DNA from: Camelus dromedarius
Lineage: Eukaryota
DNA length: 64,000 bases
Reading direction: 5' to 3'
NCBI RefSeq assembly: GCF_036321535.1
Contig: NC_087436.1
Span: forward strand, 28,460,001-28,524,000
The notes beneath the pieces are model-generated. The model searched no databases. It had not been told where the DNA came from and saw nothing but the letters and a program-made list of their open reading frames with translations. Position 1 is the first letter of the stretch. Each line of letters begins with the position of its first letter. Below, in pieces: positions 1 through 12,134 of the stretch. The translations under genes were made by a program, and so were the position numbers.

Positions 1-281
1 AAATAACAGAAGTCATGAAGTTGGAAAAATGAGACGAAAATAAGATGGCAGACCAAAACCCTTCAGAATGTAATCTACAGGCCTAAGAAGGATGCCAGGC
101 ACTAGGTAGGCATCCAAGTACTTGCTAAATGAATAAATGTTGCAGAGACCTTTTCCAACCCCTGAGAATGCATTTTCACAGTCATTCTAGATATGTTTAG
201 AGGAGCTAAGACAGGGAGCAGACTCCAAAGCTGAATTATGAATATATAGTCTAAAAAAAGAAAACATTTTTGGAACATAGG

Positions 282-332
282 GTTTCTTTTTTCCTTCCTT
301 CTCTCCTTCCTTCCTTTTTTTTTTTCTTTTTT
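282..332. repeat. Polypyrimidine low-complexity tract (TTCC/TTTC/T)n
   Basis: Directly visible run tttcttttttccttccttctctccttccttcctttttttttttctttttt. Confidence 0.85.
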
Positions 333-1667
333 GCTATTCCGATGTATTTGATTGGTCTGCAAAGAGTAAAATATTGCAAAAGTGGTTTCCATTTGTTGTT
401 TGTAAGTTATTTCAAAGATATAGCAGCTTGAGAATAAAAATTCTTTTTTCCCCCTTTCTTTCTCAAGTCTGATGTTCAGCTGTTTAGTGGAGGCAACATG
501 AGTTTCTTTTGAGTCCTTTCATGTAATCTTTGAATCTTAAAAAGTATGTCAAGAATCTCCGAGATTCTAAATTTAAATTGTCTTCAAACATCATACACAA
601 ACTGAATGTAAGTACTCCCTTGACAAATAGGCAGCATTTGCCAAGGTGTATTTTTTTCTTCTTGATAACTGCTTATATAGGCTTGGGCAGGTAATCAAAT
701 TCTCACAAGCATTTTCTCCTCAACTAAAAATAATGAAACAATTACAATACACCCTGCATGCCACCAGATTGCTCCCCATTGAACAGGATGAGGTGATTTT
801 TCCACCATCTGATGTTTTAAGCATCCATGGATAATTGCTCCATAGTCTTATATTTAAATGATCTTTAGAAGATAACACTTTCTAAATCTCCTTCCCAGAA
901 TGTTATGCAAGTAGCATTTTTACATAATCTGCATAAGAATATAGAGCTTCACTAAAATTGCTGGATACCAAATGTGATCTTAAATGTGTTATTAAAAATG
1001 TAAGATCAATTTGACAAAAATATATTTATACATTTTCTATTGACTTGGTATTTATTTCTTTAGTTTTGAAAAACCTCAAGGCTAAGCAGGATCCCTACTT
1101 AGAGATAAATGAAGTGTATGAGATGTTTGCCAAAAGGTGTCCTGATGCTCTCAGGGAAACATTGCAGATATCCTGGTAGAGTTGATAAAGATACTACTTT
1201 AGAAGATGGTGGACATTTTCCCCTCAGTCTCTGAATTAGTAATAAGTTACTGAAAATGTATAATACCCAGAATGAGATTTATTGTCTGAAAATGACATGA
1301 GGTACAGATAGTGTGGGAGGATTGTTCAGGCTTCCGTGTATTTTTGTGAAGGATTTGCTCACTGTAGTTTGACACTCGAATTTGCTTATCTTTACTTAAT
1401 TGAAAGTTCAAAAAGTTAATCCTGAGTTGTTTTTATGGCATAAGTACTTTATTACTATCCATCAAATTTAAAGTTTTACAAAATAAATTTTGTAATTTTC
1501 CAATCCTGTAATGTCCCCCCAACTGTCAGTATGAGAACCTCATGTCTATGTGTTTACCCTTCAACCCACTTTGATCTTCTGACTTACTCTGAAGATATCC
1601 AACTTTTATTTCAAATTATTTTATTGTACTGGCTACCAAGAAGGTCACTAAAATAAGTAATTAATAA

Positions 1668-2235
1668 CCCACTTGTTTATTCAAAAAGTGTACTGAGTAT
1701 TTACATTTTGCAAAGAAAAGCTTTAGGCCCTGGGAATACAATAATAAACAAAACTGACAAAATACTTGGCTTCAGGAGCTTACAGTCTCACGGGCCTCAC
1801 TATTAATAAAGACTAATGTCAATTAATGATAAATGCATTGAAGAACAAGCAGTAGAGTGAAAGGATTGGCATGAGTAGGAGTGCAGGTTTAGACAGAGGG
1901 ATCTGAAAGGAGTTCTTAGTGAGAAGGGGAGACTTGTAAGCAGACTTCTGACTGAAGTTTGGAAGCTGGCCAAGGGGTATGTACGGGAAGAAAATTTCCC
2001 TTAGAGGAAATAACCAGTGCAAACACCTTGTGGCAGGATTATGCTTGGGTGCTTAAGAAAGCACAAGGAAACCAGCGTGGCTGAAGGAGAGGGAATGATG
2101 GGAGGTGGTAGACACTGGGACCGTCAGCGTTTTCGTGACTCAGGATTTCATAAGGATTTGTATGCTTTTATTAGCTTTTGAGGGATTTTAGAAGTGAAAA
2201 GACATGATCCCAACTTTTAAATTCATTGATTTGCT
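1668..2235 (-). mobile_element. LINE2 (L2) 3' fragment
   Basis: Antisense L2 tail pattern: ttgtttattcaaaaagtgtactgag...ctgggaataca...aaacaaaactgacaaaa...caggagcttacagtc, then the typical aaccagtgcaaa...gtggctgaaggagag blocks. Confidence 0.75.
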
Positions 2236-2559
2236 GCTCCCCAAACACACTTGGTTTATTGCTATAATAGTTTTCAACCTCAACTAGATTAAGACCAGCC
2301 TTTTTTCATCTTGTTTACTCTGCATAACACGGAGAGTGGCAAGATAAGATGACGATGATTATTTACTGAAAAAAATCACATAATGAAATAGACAACTAGG
2401 ATAAAATTAATATTGAGGGGGTGATTCATGAAAACTGAAAATCTATGAAGACGACACACTACTGACGTGCCTAGCTGCCAGTGATTTGCATTTCAGAGTT
2501 ACAGTAGACCAAGGATGCAGTGTGTGACCACCAGCAGTAGGTAGAGAGAATACGTGGAA

Positions 2560-2888
2560 TGAAGTTTTTAAAGATAAACTGAGGCATATTAAAGTTTTTA
2601 AGAGTTTGAGCATAAATCCATTCTAATCAGGCAACACCACACTGAGGTGGCTAGAAACACTCCGCCATCAGGAGCTCAAGGAGAGGCTTTTATAGAGAAA
2701 AGGCTGGAGCAAAGTGAGGAAAGTATTGGTTGGCTGCGGCTTATGCCCCGTTGGCTGCTTGTGATTGGTTGTTCTAGGTTTCGATTTCATTACGCTTAAG
2801 TATTCGCAGGTTTTCATTTGTTCACGGAGGCTTCCATGACTTTAGAGCCACCGCAGTCTACCAGCCTCCTTGCTTAATTAATTTAACA
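2560..2888 (-). mobile_element. ERV1-like solo LTR (MER51/MER57-like architecture)
   Basis: Minus strand starts TGTTAAATTAATTAAGC at 2888, carries CCAAT boxes (+ strand attgg 2764-2768 and 2725-2729) and TATAAAA (+ strand ttttata 2688-2694); about 330 bp; left boundary approximate, no TSD seen. Confidence 0.7.
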
Positions 2889-4779
2889 TGTTTATGACCT
2901 ACTTAATGTTCTATCTACTACCTGAACATCATCATTTTATAGTCATGTTATTTTTCTTCAGAGAGGAGTTTTACATGATGATAGAAATAAATACATTGCT
3001 ATAAATATATGTATTTGTTTGCAAATAACATATTATTTTGAGTATTTTTAAGTTCCTTCCAATCTATGGCTATTTAATAATACCAGACTGAGTAGTACTT
3101 CACTTTATGAAACTGTTCTCTGAGAGGTAACAGAAAACTGTTAAGACTGTTACACATTCAGAAGAATCTCGTCAGATGGAAGACATCTGGAGTGTATTAT
3201 CAAGCTCTGTAATACAGATCTCTCTTAAAAACTGAAGGTAATTAGGTAAAGAAGATAAAAAAGTAAAAACATGTTTATTGAAATAAGTTTACCAAGAATA
3301 TGGATAAAGTTGGAAGAACAATCTGTTCTGAAATAAAAGTGTTACCTTGAAATAACAAATTTTAAGTGGTTGTAAATTTTCTTAAATAATGGTGATTCTA
3401 GTGCAAAATGCTAATTTAGTTTTTATGTATAGTATTATTATTTATAATTCCCCCTATTCTTTTACCTAGAAGTTTTTTTAAGAGGTTAGCAATTATTGTG
3501 TCCAGGAACTAAAGGAATGTACAGAATAAAATTCAGTGTTCTATTTTCTCATAAGCAGTTTATAATTTATATTTTCCTAATGAGATTAATGGAATCATTT
3601 ACCTTTTTGTCTATTACCTCAGGATCTGCCACTTTAATTTATATGTAACATTATTTTTTTAATGCTGCCTTTTAATATCATTTATTAATAGTAATTTATT
3701 GCTGAAATGTCTCCTCTGAATGATCCAAACATATTTTTTAGTAACTTGGCAAATGATGGAAAAATCTGTTATTGTAAGCATAAGGTAGACATATATCATT
3801 CTTAGGCTAAGAAAACTGTAATATGTTTCTATAGCTGGCTAAAATTTAATTAATGTTTTAAACTAATTTAAAATCATCACTTCAACTGAAGTGTTTTGTT
3901 AACTCCAACTTTTATATTACTTTGCATTGTAAGTGAATTTATTGTTCAAGTAAATGGTGTAGAATGGATGTTTACAGCTATAGTATCTTTATACACCAAG
4001 GTGAAAAACAAAATAGTCAACAAACTTAGAATTTTTAGATCAGATCTTGTCCAACACTCTGTAGGTGAGTCTATTTTGTAGTATTGAATTCCTTTCACTG
4101 GATGTGAGGCAAATGTAAATGTGAGTAGACTCCTGGGTTCAAGATGGCTTTCAAAAAAAAAAAAAAGGAAAAATTGAAGTAATACAGTTGTGGAAAAAGG
4201 GAAATAAGATATTTATAACATTTCTTCAAGCTTGAATAATAATCAACATCAAAGTTAGTTATTTTATAACTTAAGTTTCCCAAAATTTATTACCAGTAAG
4301 ATTATTGAAATTAAAATAATGTGTGCATGAATATCTGGAGTTAAACAGAACAGACTCTTTATGGATGAAATTCCAAGAGATAACATGCATGGCACCAGAC
4401 TGAAAGGTGAAAGGAAACAGTTGAAATCCCTGGGCTAGGCAGCAAGAAATTTTAAAAAATATAAATATATATTATAAATATATAAACATATACTATAAAA
4501 TATAAGTAAGATATACAAATATAGTTTGAGAACTGTTTCTGGAGCTTTCAAAATATTAGGAATTAATAAATCATTAATATAGAAGAAAAATAGAAGCAGA
4601 AAATAGATATTAGACTCAAATGGTTAGTTTATATAAAAAAATTGGAAGGCAAAATAGCAAAGCAAGTTAAGCATTTTATTATTAGAATCATTCAAAATTA
4701 CTTTATGAGCAAAAGTTATTTGAATTTCCCATGATATCGATGGTGGTCACATAAATTACTAGAAATGAAGGGTCTTAGT

Positions 4780-4945
4780 CTTTGATAACCTTGATGTGTC
4801 ACTAGAAAGATTACAAAATACAGATAAACTGTGAAAAAAATAACAATTGGAAAAAAAATTAAGTCAAAATTAGAAATGGATTCTATTAAAAATCTTGGAT
4901 GATAGTGTGAATGAAAATACTGCAACCATATCAGCAAACAAAGAA
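4780..4945 (+). mobile_element. Ancient L1 (L1M/L1ME) ORF2 remnant, left part
   Basis: A-rich degenerate ORF2-like text (aaaattagaaa...aatgaaaatactgcaa) that appears to continue after the LTR at 5381. Confidence 0.45.
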
Positions 4946-5380
4946 TGCTGAAACCAAGTCATCAGCAGCTGCCGCCACCCCCCCAGTGAGGACAGACCTG
5001 CAGCCCAGCCTCTACAGCCACTCACTATGGTGCCCTCTCAGGGGACTCAGAATAAGAAGGGACAGGATACTGGCCCTAGATAGCTAGGTGTTTGTCAAAG
5101 GAATGAATTCAATGAGCCCAAATGTTTCCTTCCTCCCATACATAGAAAAGCACTAAATTCTTGAACTTGAGATGCCTGGTTTTCTTTAGGTAACAAGTAA
5201 TCTTTTATTGTTCCAACTACCTAGTCTTTGTTGTAAAGCTTCTGTATATCCTAGCTTTTCCCCTATCTCTTCGGGGCAGTCCCTCAGAGCGATCTGAGGG
5301 GCTGTCATCGTGGCTCGAGTCCTCCCACCAAATAAAACATAACTGTCAACTTTTAGGCTGTGCATTTATTTCAGTCAACA
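4946..5380 (+). mobile_element. ERV1-like solo LTR
   Basis: TGCTGAAACC...CAGTCAACA termini (TG...CA, imperfect inverted ends), 435 bp, higher GC than flanks, TATA-like gtatat near 5246, AATAAA near 5331 about 45 bp before the end. Confidence 0.8.
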
Positions 5381-6030
5381 ATAGGAAAAACACTACTGAA
5401 ATACTAGATTAATGAAAACAGTATAATTTATGGGATTTTAAACAATGAACAGAGCAGTACAGCTCTACATGTATTTTTGTCATTAAAAATGAAAACATGA
5501 AAATGAATTAAATTCTCGGCTCAAAGAACTAGAAATAGAACAGCAAAGTAAATTGAAAGGACACACAAGAAAGGAAATAGTACAGAAAAAGCAGAAATTA
5601 GTAAGTTAGAGAATAAAAAATTTACTGAATATATATATTAAAACCCTAGGTTTTTGACCTAATTATTATTTAATTTGATCAAGAAAAGAGAGAGAGGGAC
5701 AGAAACAGAGACAGAGACCAAGAGACAGAGTAAAGAGATGGTAAAGGGAAAATGCCATTTAAGCAGATAACTTTTTTTTTTAAATCACAAGAGGCTACTT
5801 TGCAAGCCTATCCAAATAGTTTTGAAAACCTAGATGAAATGAATAATTCCCTAGGGAAATAGAGTTGATCAAAATTACCCCACAAAAAGCTTATACTGTC
5901 AAATTTGCACAGAAAAAAAAATAGGGTAATGAAGAAATTACCCCTCCCAAAAAAAGGACAAAGCCAAGATATTTTCACAGAGGGATTTTGTAAAACATCA
6001 AAGACTAAACATTCCCACAGGCTCTGTGAC
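5381..6030 (+). mobile_element. Ancient L1 (L1ME-like) ORF2 remnant
   Basis: ctcaaagaactagaaatagaacagcaa..., tttgaaaacctagatgaaatgaataattccctag (FENLDEM motif), ccagat-like/ttcacagagggattt block; frame destroyed. Confidence 0.8.
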
Positions 6031-6154
6031 ATATCAGTCACATCGTGGTGACAAAGACAAATTTGGGCATAGATTTTTATATTTTGAATGTTACTATTTG
6101 TTTCAGTAGGGTTTTATCAAATAATATGAGGCTTTTTTGAAATTTGCACATTAA

Positions 6155-6380
6155 CAGAAAAAATATGTTCACAATGTAAAGTTGGGAAAAAAAAAAAAAA
6201 AAACACTGCAGAACAGATTAAAGAGATCAGCTCAATACAAACCAAAAAGTAATTGGAAGATCCTTCCAGAACTCGCCAAAGATTATCTCTGCACCGGGGA
6301 TCATGAGTGATGTTTATTTAGTTCTTAGTAGCGTCTGTATTTACAAAATTGCCTATAATGAACATTTATCAATTATAACT
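6155..6380 (+). mobile_element. L1ME3/4-type 3' end
   Basis: ttatctctg...gggatcatgagtgatgtttattt...ctgtattt...tataatgaacatttat resembles the old L1ME 3' UTR. Confidence 0.55.
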
Positions 6381-9112
6381 TAGCAGCAAAACTTTAAGAT
6401 TTTCACTTCCTAGCTGTGAGAGAATCAAAATGTGATCTCACTCAGCCTTGTAATGGAGTCACTAAACAATTCTTCCTTTATTAGAACAGAGAAAATCAAA
6501 TAAATTATCCCTATGACCTTTAGTAACCTTTTGATTTCTCTGGGCCTGAGACTAGTACTGGTCCACATGTCTGAATCCTATTTCAAAACCCACTATCCTA
6601 TTTAAAATAAAAAAACAAAAACTCCTTTTTCTTCAAAAAGAAAAGAACTGCACACGTACATGAGATGCGAAATACAAACAAAGCTGGCTTCTAAGAGACA
6701 TTAGAAAATGACTGAGAATTTAGGATTAGTACAACTTGGTTTTTAATAACCTCTTTAAAATGAAAAGTAATCTAATAAGACTTTCCTCTTATTCCTTTTT
6801 AATTTTGTCAGAAAGGGTTTCACCCTGTCTTATGCCTGTTTGCTAAAGTGAGAGATGTCACTGAACCTTTTTAGAGCCCTTTATCTTTATTTCCTCTTTC
6901 AGAAGTGTCATTTCACTTTTCTTGGAGCCAATCGACATCCATCACACATTTCCTTTCAAGCTGAAAATATACACAGAGTTTCGAATTTTGTGAACTCTTC
7001 TATTATTAAGTTTCATCAATTGTCAGCATCCGTATTGCATTCTGATGATGAATAGAGGCATTATATTTCAGCATTAAAATGCAGTTAGAGTTGTAATGAG
7101 CATCATTAGGGACTCTAATGGGAATTAGAACTGTATGTCATTTTATTCAGGTTCTTTTAAAGCTTATTTGTGTTTTATAAATTTTTTAAAACGTTTCTAC
7201 CAAGCAGGTGGGAGTAGAATAGCATTGTGATTTTAGAAGAACGTATATAAAAACCATGCTAACACATCTATTTAAAAACACTCTGCTTCTAATCCTATTT
7301 AGTTTATTAAGTCTTACTTTCATCAGCCTTTGAGGGGAGAGTAATAGTCCTTCCTAATACCTATTTTTGCTTCCAAGTTTTTTCTCATAAATCTAGTCTG
7401 AGACTTTATGGAATATACATTTTAAATGAATATTGGACATCTGTACACTTAAATCAGAATAAATTACATGATCTATAATAGATACAAAAAAGACTTGCTT
7501 TAAAATCTGACTCATAAAAGGAGTAGTCCCTTGATCTTGCCTTAGAAATTAGCACATATGTCTTTTTGCAGAAGTTATGGAGATATATGCTGTAAATAAC
7601 ATTTCTCAATCTCCTGTGTGATACTTTGTGTGTAATGACCACTGACATCCTTATGGAAACTTACTAGATGTGCTTTAATAATATGTGTAGTTCTATGCAG
7701 ACTAAACATGAATTATTTATATTTAATGTCTCAAGCTTATTTTCAATGTATTATACTTTTTATTAACTCTTACAAATTAAGAGAAGTATTCTTAAAAGGA
7801 AAAATAGCTTTTCAGAATTTAATCTCTGTCCCTTTATTCTGTAACTTTCTACAGTTTTTATGTAAATATAATTTTTGAAGCTATCTGTGATATAAAATGA
7901 TGATGTTTTATTAGTCAAAAAATTGGATGACCCCTTCCTATTGCATAAGCCAAGTTAACTATCATAGTACCTTTCACTCCTAAATTAAAACATTAAAGAT
8001 CTTAGACTTACTCTGAAGTATTAACTGTAGTCCTCTGAAAAATAGATTTTAGTGGCAATGAAAGAATAGAACTCCCAAATGAAATATCAAACACAACTTA
8101 GACATTCCAAGTCTTACTGCTGTATTGGGAACAGAAGTGAAAATCAATGCCTGATAGAGGGCCAAATGCAAATTACCAATGAAAGAGAGACATTGCTCTG
8201 GGTATAACAGCAAAACTGTATAAGGTGACATCTGAGAGGTGACAGATTCTTGAAGGACACCTCTTAGATTCTCCTCTGAATTATGCCACCTGATAAAAGT
8301 AGTTAAGGTAGACATAAGAGATCAAATCTTTATTTTTAACTCACACTGCATAATTCAAAACAGATGCAAATTTAAGGACAAAGAATATTTTCCCATATAT
8401 TCTGAAACACTATAGAGAACCACATGCATTTTTCTTCATGGTTGAAGATATTATTTCTAGCAATATTCAGTATGAAATGATCTCATTATAATATTTGAAG
8501 CATAGCAAATCTGCAGGTTAAAAACAACTTCTAATGAAAAAAGAAAAGTGAAAAATAAAACTAATACCATGTTTTATATTCATTTGATTAATTATATCTT
8601 TCTGGTCATTTCACTAATACATATTTTTTTCTTATAGTTTAATTTTACTGAAAACCTGTCAATGGAATAAGTATCACACATATAAATCATTTCATAAAAT
8701 CTATTTAATATTAAATTTTAGAATTACTGTGATTTTCCATGGATCTTAGCTGTTATCACATCCAACAACTCAATAGGGTGGTATTTTATCTATGTCTCTG
8801 TGAATTAAGGGAAAATTATCACACGCAAACACATACTCAAGCATTGTTAGTCACCTTTAGAAGATGCAAAAAAGTTTAAGATAAATGCTTGAAAGGCTGT
8901 CTTTATATAGAAAATTCAGCCTACTAATTCCGGGACTACAGTAGATATGTTACTGTCACTGGAGTCTCTATTTTATCAGAATTTCACGACTATGAATAAT
9001 TCTGTTTTCCAGAAGACTAACCAACATTAGCCCGCCATGACAATCTTTCTAATATTTTCTCTTTTTGTTTTTTTTAATTTTAATGCTGAGCAATAGAGCA
9101 AGCTCATGTATT

Positions 9113-10345
9113 TTTTAAAATTACACAGTTTTTAAAGTTTACTTTCCATTTACACTTATTACAATAACTGGCTGTAATTCCCATGTTGTTACAGTAGCTC
9201 TTGGAGCCTATCTTATACTAAAGAGTTTGTACCTCCCACTCATTCACCCCTATTTTACTTCTCCCCACTGGTAACCACTAGTTTGTTCTCTATATCTATG
9301 AGTATCCTTTTTTGTTGTATTCATTAGTTTGTTGTATTTTTTAGATTCCGCATGTAAGTGATATCATGTAGTATTTGTCTTTCTCTATTTAAAGTACTTC
9401 ATTTAGCATAATGCTGTGCACATCCATCCATGTTGCTAAAAATGGCAAAAGTTCATTCTTTCTTATAACTGAGTAGTATTCCATTATGAATGTGTGTGTA
9501 TGTGTGTGTGTATATATACACATATATATAAAACACATCTTTATCCATTTATCTGTTGATAGACACTTAGGTTGCTTCCATATCTTGGCAATTGTAAATA
9601 ATGCTGCTATGAACACTGGTGCATATATCTTTTCCAATTAATGTTACTGTTTTTTTTTCTTTTTGATACATACCAAGAAATGGAATTGCTGGATCATATG
9701 GTAGTCCTGTTTTCAGTTTTTTAAGAAACCTCCATACTGATTTCCATAGTGGCTGCACTGATTTACATTCCCACCAACTGTGTACAGGGGTCCCATTTTC
9801 TCCACATCCTTACCAACATTTGTTATTTGTGTTCTTTTGATGATAGCCATCTGATAGGTGTGAAGTGATACCTCATTGTAGTTTTGGTTTGCATTTCCCT
9901 GAGTATTAGGGATGTTGAGTATCTTCTGATGTACCTGTCGGCCATTTGTATTTTGTCTTTGGGAAAATGTCTATTCAGTTCTTCTGTCCATTTTTTACTT
10001 GGGTTGTTTGTTTTTTGATGTTGAGTTGTATGAGCTGTATATATATGTTGGATATTAATTCTTTATAGGTCATATCATTTGCAAATATTTTCTCCCATTC
10101 AGTAACTGTCTTTTTGTTCGGTCGATGGTTTCCTTTGTTGTGCAAAAGCTTTTAGGCTTAATTAGGTCCCATTTGTTTATTTTCGCTTTTATTTCCTTTA
10201 CTTTAGGAGATGGATCCAAAAAGTATTGTTGTAATTTATGTCAAAGTGTATTCTGCCTATGTTTTCTTCTGGAGGTTTATAGTATCCAGTCTTACATTTA
10301 AGTCTTTAATCCATTTTGAGTTTATTTTTGTATATGGTGTTAGAG
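9113..10345 (-). mobile_element. 5'-truncated L1 (ORF2 C-terminus plus 3' UTR) with target-site duplication
   Basis: ORF-track peptides [25 protein letters not shown] and FIAALFTIAKIWKQPKC are the L1 ORF2 C-terminus; AAGCTCATGT flanks at 9100-9109 and 10346-10355. Confidence 0.95.
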
Positions 10346-10788
10346 AAGCTCATGTCTTAGTAACGGTGGTTTTATTTCCTTTTAAAATAACCACTTTCTT
10401 TTTAAATCCTTTTAAGTACACAGTGTGTGACACATCCACAGGTGATATTAACCAGAAAAAAAGCAGCCTACATCTGTTATTTTTATGCACACGCTTTTGG
10501 TGCTTATTATTCCATCTATGGAAAAGTTTAGAGAATATGTTATGGCTTGATTAGTAAAGCAGAATGAATGAACATGGCTAAACTAATTCAAATAATTTCT
10601 TTGCTTGGCATGAGCATGGAGATATTTGTGTAAGCTTTCACTTTAGAGTTACTTATCTAAAGTGGAAGGGGTTGTTTCAAATTAGTTATCATCATTTTAA
10701 ATCATTGCATTTCTAATGGATTTTAGATAAGTAGTTTCATGATTACAGTTCATAATATTTTTTTAGTCTTGAAAATGTGAACCTCTAT

Positions 10789-10846
10789 CTTTTCTTTTCT
10801 TTCTTTTCCTTTCCTTTCCTTTTTTTCTTTTCTTTCCTTCCCCTTC
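10789..10846. repeat. (TTTTC/TTTCC)n pyrimidine repeat
   Basis: Directly visible. Confidence 0.85.
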
Positions 10847-11916
10847 ATAAGTGTTTACCTAGTGATGTTCTATGTAATTTAGTTAAAGATGAAACTTTAA
10901 TTGATTGCAAAAGCATGATCAAATTCTACATGTCACATAATTAGAAACCTGATGAAGGGAAATTGAAGAATACTTGAAAATAGGCTATTTTATATTTAAA
11001 ACAGCCTTCCAAGGGAATAAACAGGTATGAGAAAATAAGTGAAATTAATGGAATGATGAAGGAGAAAAGTAGAAGGCAAGGAGGTTGGTTATAGACCAAC
11101 AACAACAACAAAAAAACCCAGAAAGGTTATAGGACTTATTTTTGTCCTTGGGATAGACCTTTTAGGTAGGAGATGAAAACATGTACACACTGCTCAGAGA
11201 GAAACAACTTACAGCTTCCATTTTATTGCTAATCTACTTACTCGAAAAATGTATCTTGTTTATCTCACTGTACTGAGTGTGTTAGCCCCCTCTATCCCAG
11301 GCCTATAGTTCTATCCACGGCTCTTTGATTTGCCCAGTATTGTGAAACTTCCTATTCCCTCCTCTGAACTCTAAAGCATTGGATGAAACAGGGTTTTGTT
11401 GTTGTTATGTTTGTTTTATAGCAGTAAAGATCACAAACACTTTTTTAGGCTTTCCCCAAATATCTTGCTTTTGGGGAGAAGAAAATAGAGTGTGTGTCCA
11501 GAATGCCCACATTTATAGCTGTGTTGAATAAATTAATACTAAAAAAGCAATGTTCAACAAATATAGCAGATAGATATATAGTATTTGACAGAGGTTTAAG
11601 ACTGAAAATTTCAGGACACTTAATTCAACCATATGTAGCATAGAAAGCACACACACATATAATTTAAGCAATGTAGAAGATACAGAAAAGAACAGCACAT
11701 CAAACGTTCCCCAAAGAATCTTGTTACCACATGAGACAACAAATATATCTATGGTAAACTATATATGAGGTAAACTATTAGTGTTATAAAAATGTTACAA
11801 TGGTCAATAGCTGCACAGAGATGGAAATACTGGAGGAGATATAAAAATATGACAGAAAATCTCATTTGCTCTCATGGACATAAATACCATCTGGATGATG
11901 ACATTATGCTTGCAAA

Positions 11917-12090
11917 ATACATGCATTCTCATACATACATACACATACTTATACATACATGCATATGTATACATAAGTGTATATACCTATATATACACAC
12001 ACGTCCACATACAGATATCTCATGTACATACACATACATATTTGTAAATTTATATGAAAGTAGATATATGCATACATGTGTACATGCATA
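11917..12090. repeat. Degenerate (TACA/CATA)n alternating purine-pyrimidine repeat
   Basis: atacatgc...catacatacatacacatac...; accounts for the His/Tyr/Ile-rich ORFs 11792-12109 and 11949-12170. Confidence 0.8.
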
Positions 12091-12134
12091 TCTAGTTCTA
12101 TGTCTTTAGCTCTGTTTAGATCTATATCCATATC

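Noticed and set aside
1064..1179. Acceptor-like site followed by a short open frame (LKNLKAKQDPYLEINEVYEMFAKRCPDALRETLQISW*)
   Set aside because: No convincing donor, unrecognised peptide, length within chance.
3990..4072. Strong donor TAG|GTGAGT near 4064
   Set aside because: No clear matching acceptor or coding signal; isolated donors are frequent.
7043..7140. TGATGA resembling a snoRNA C box
   Set aside because: No suitably placed CTGA D box or terminal stem.
9389..9758. ORFs with recognisable protein motifs
   Set aside because: Frameshifted L1 ORF2 C-terminal remnants, not host genes.
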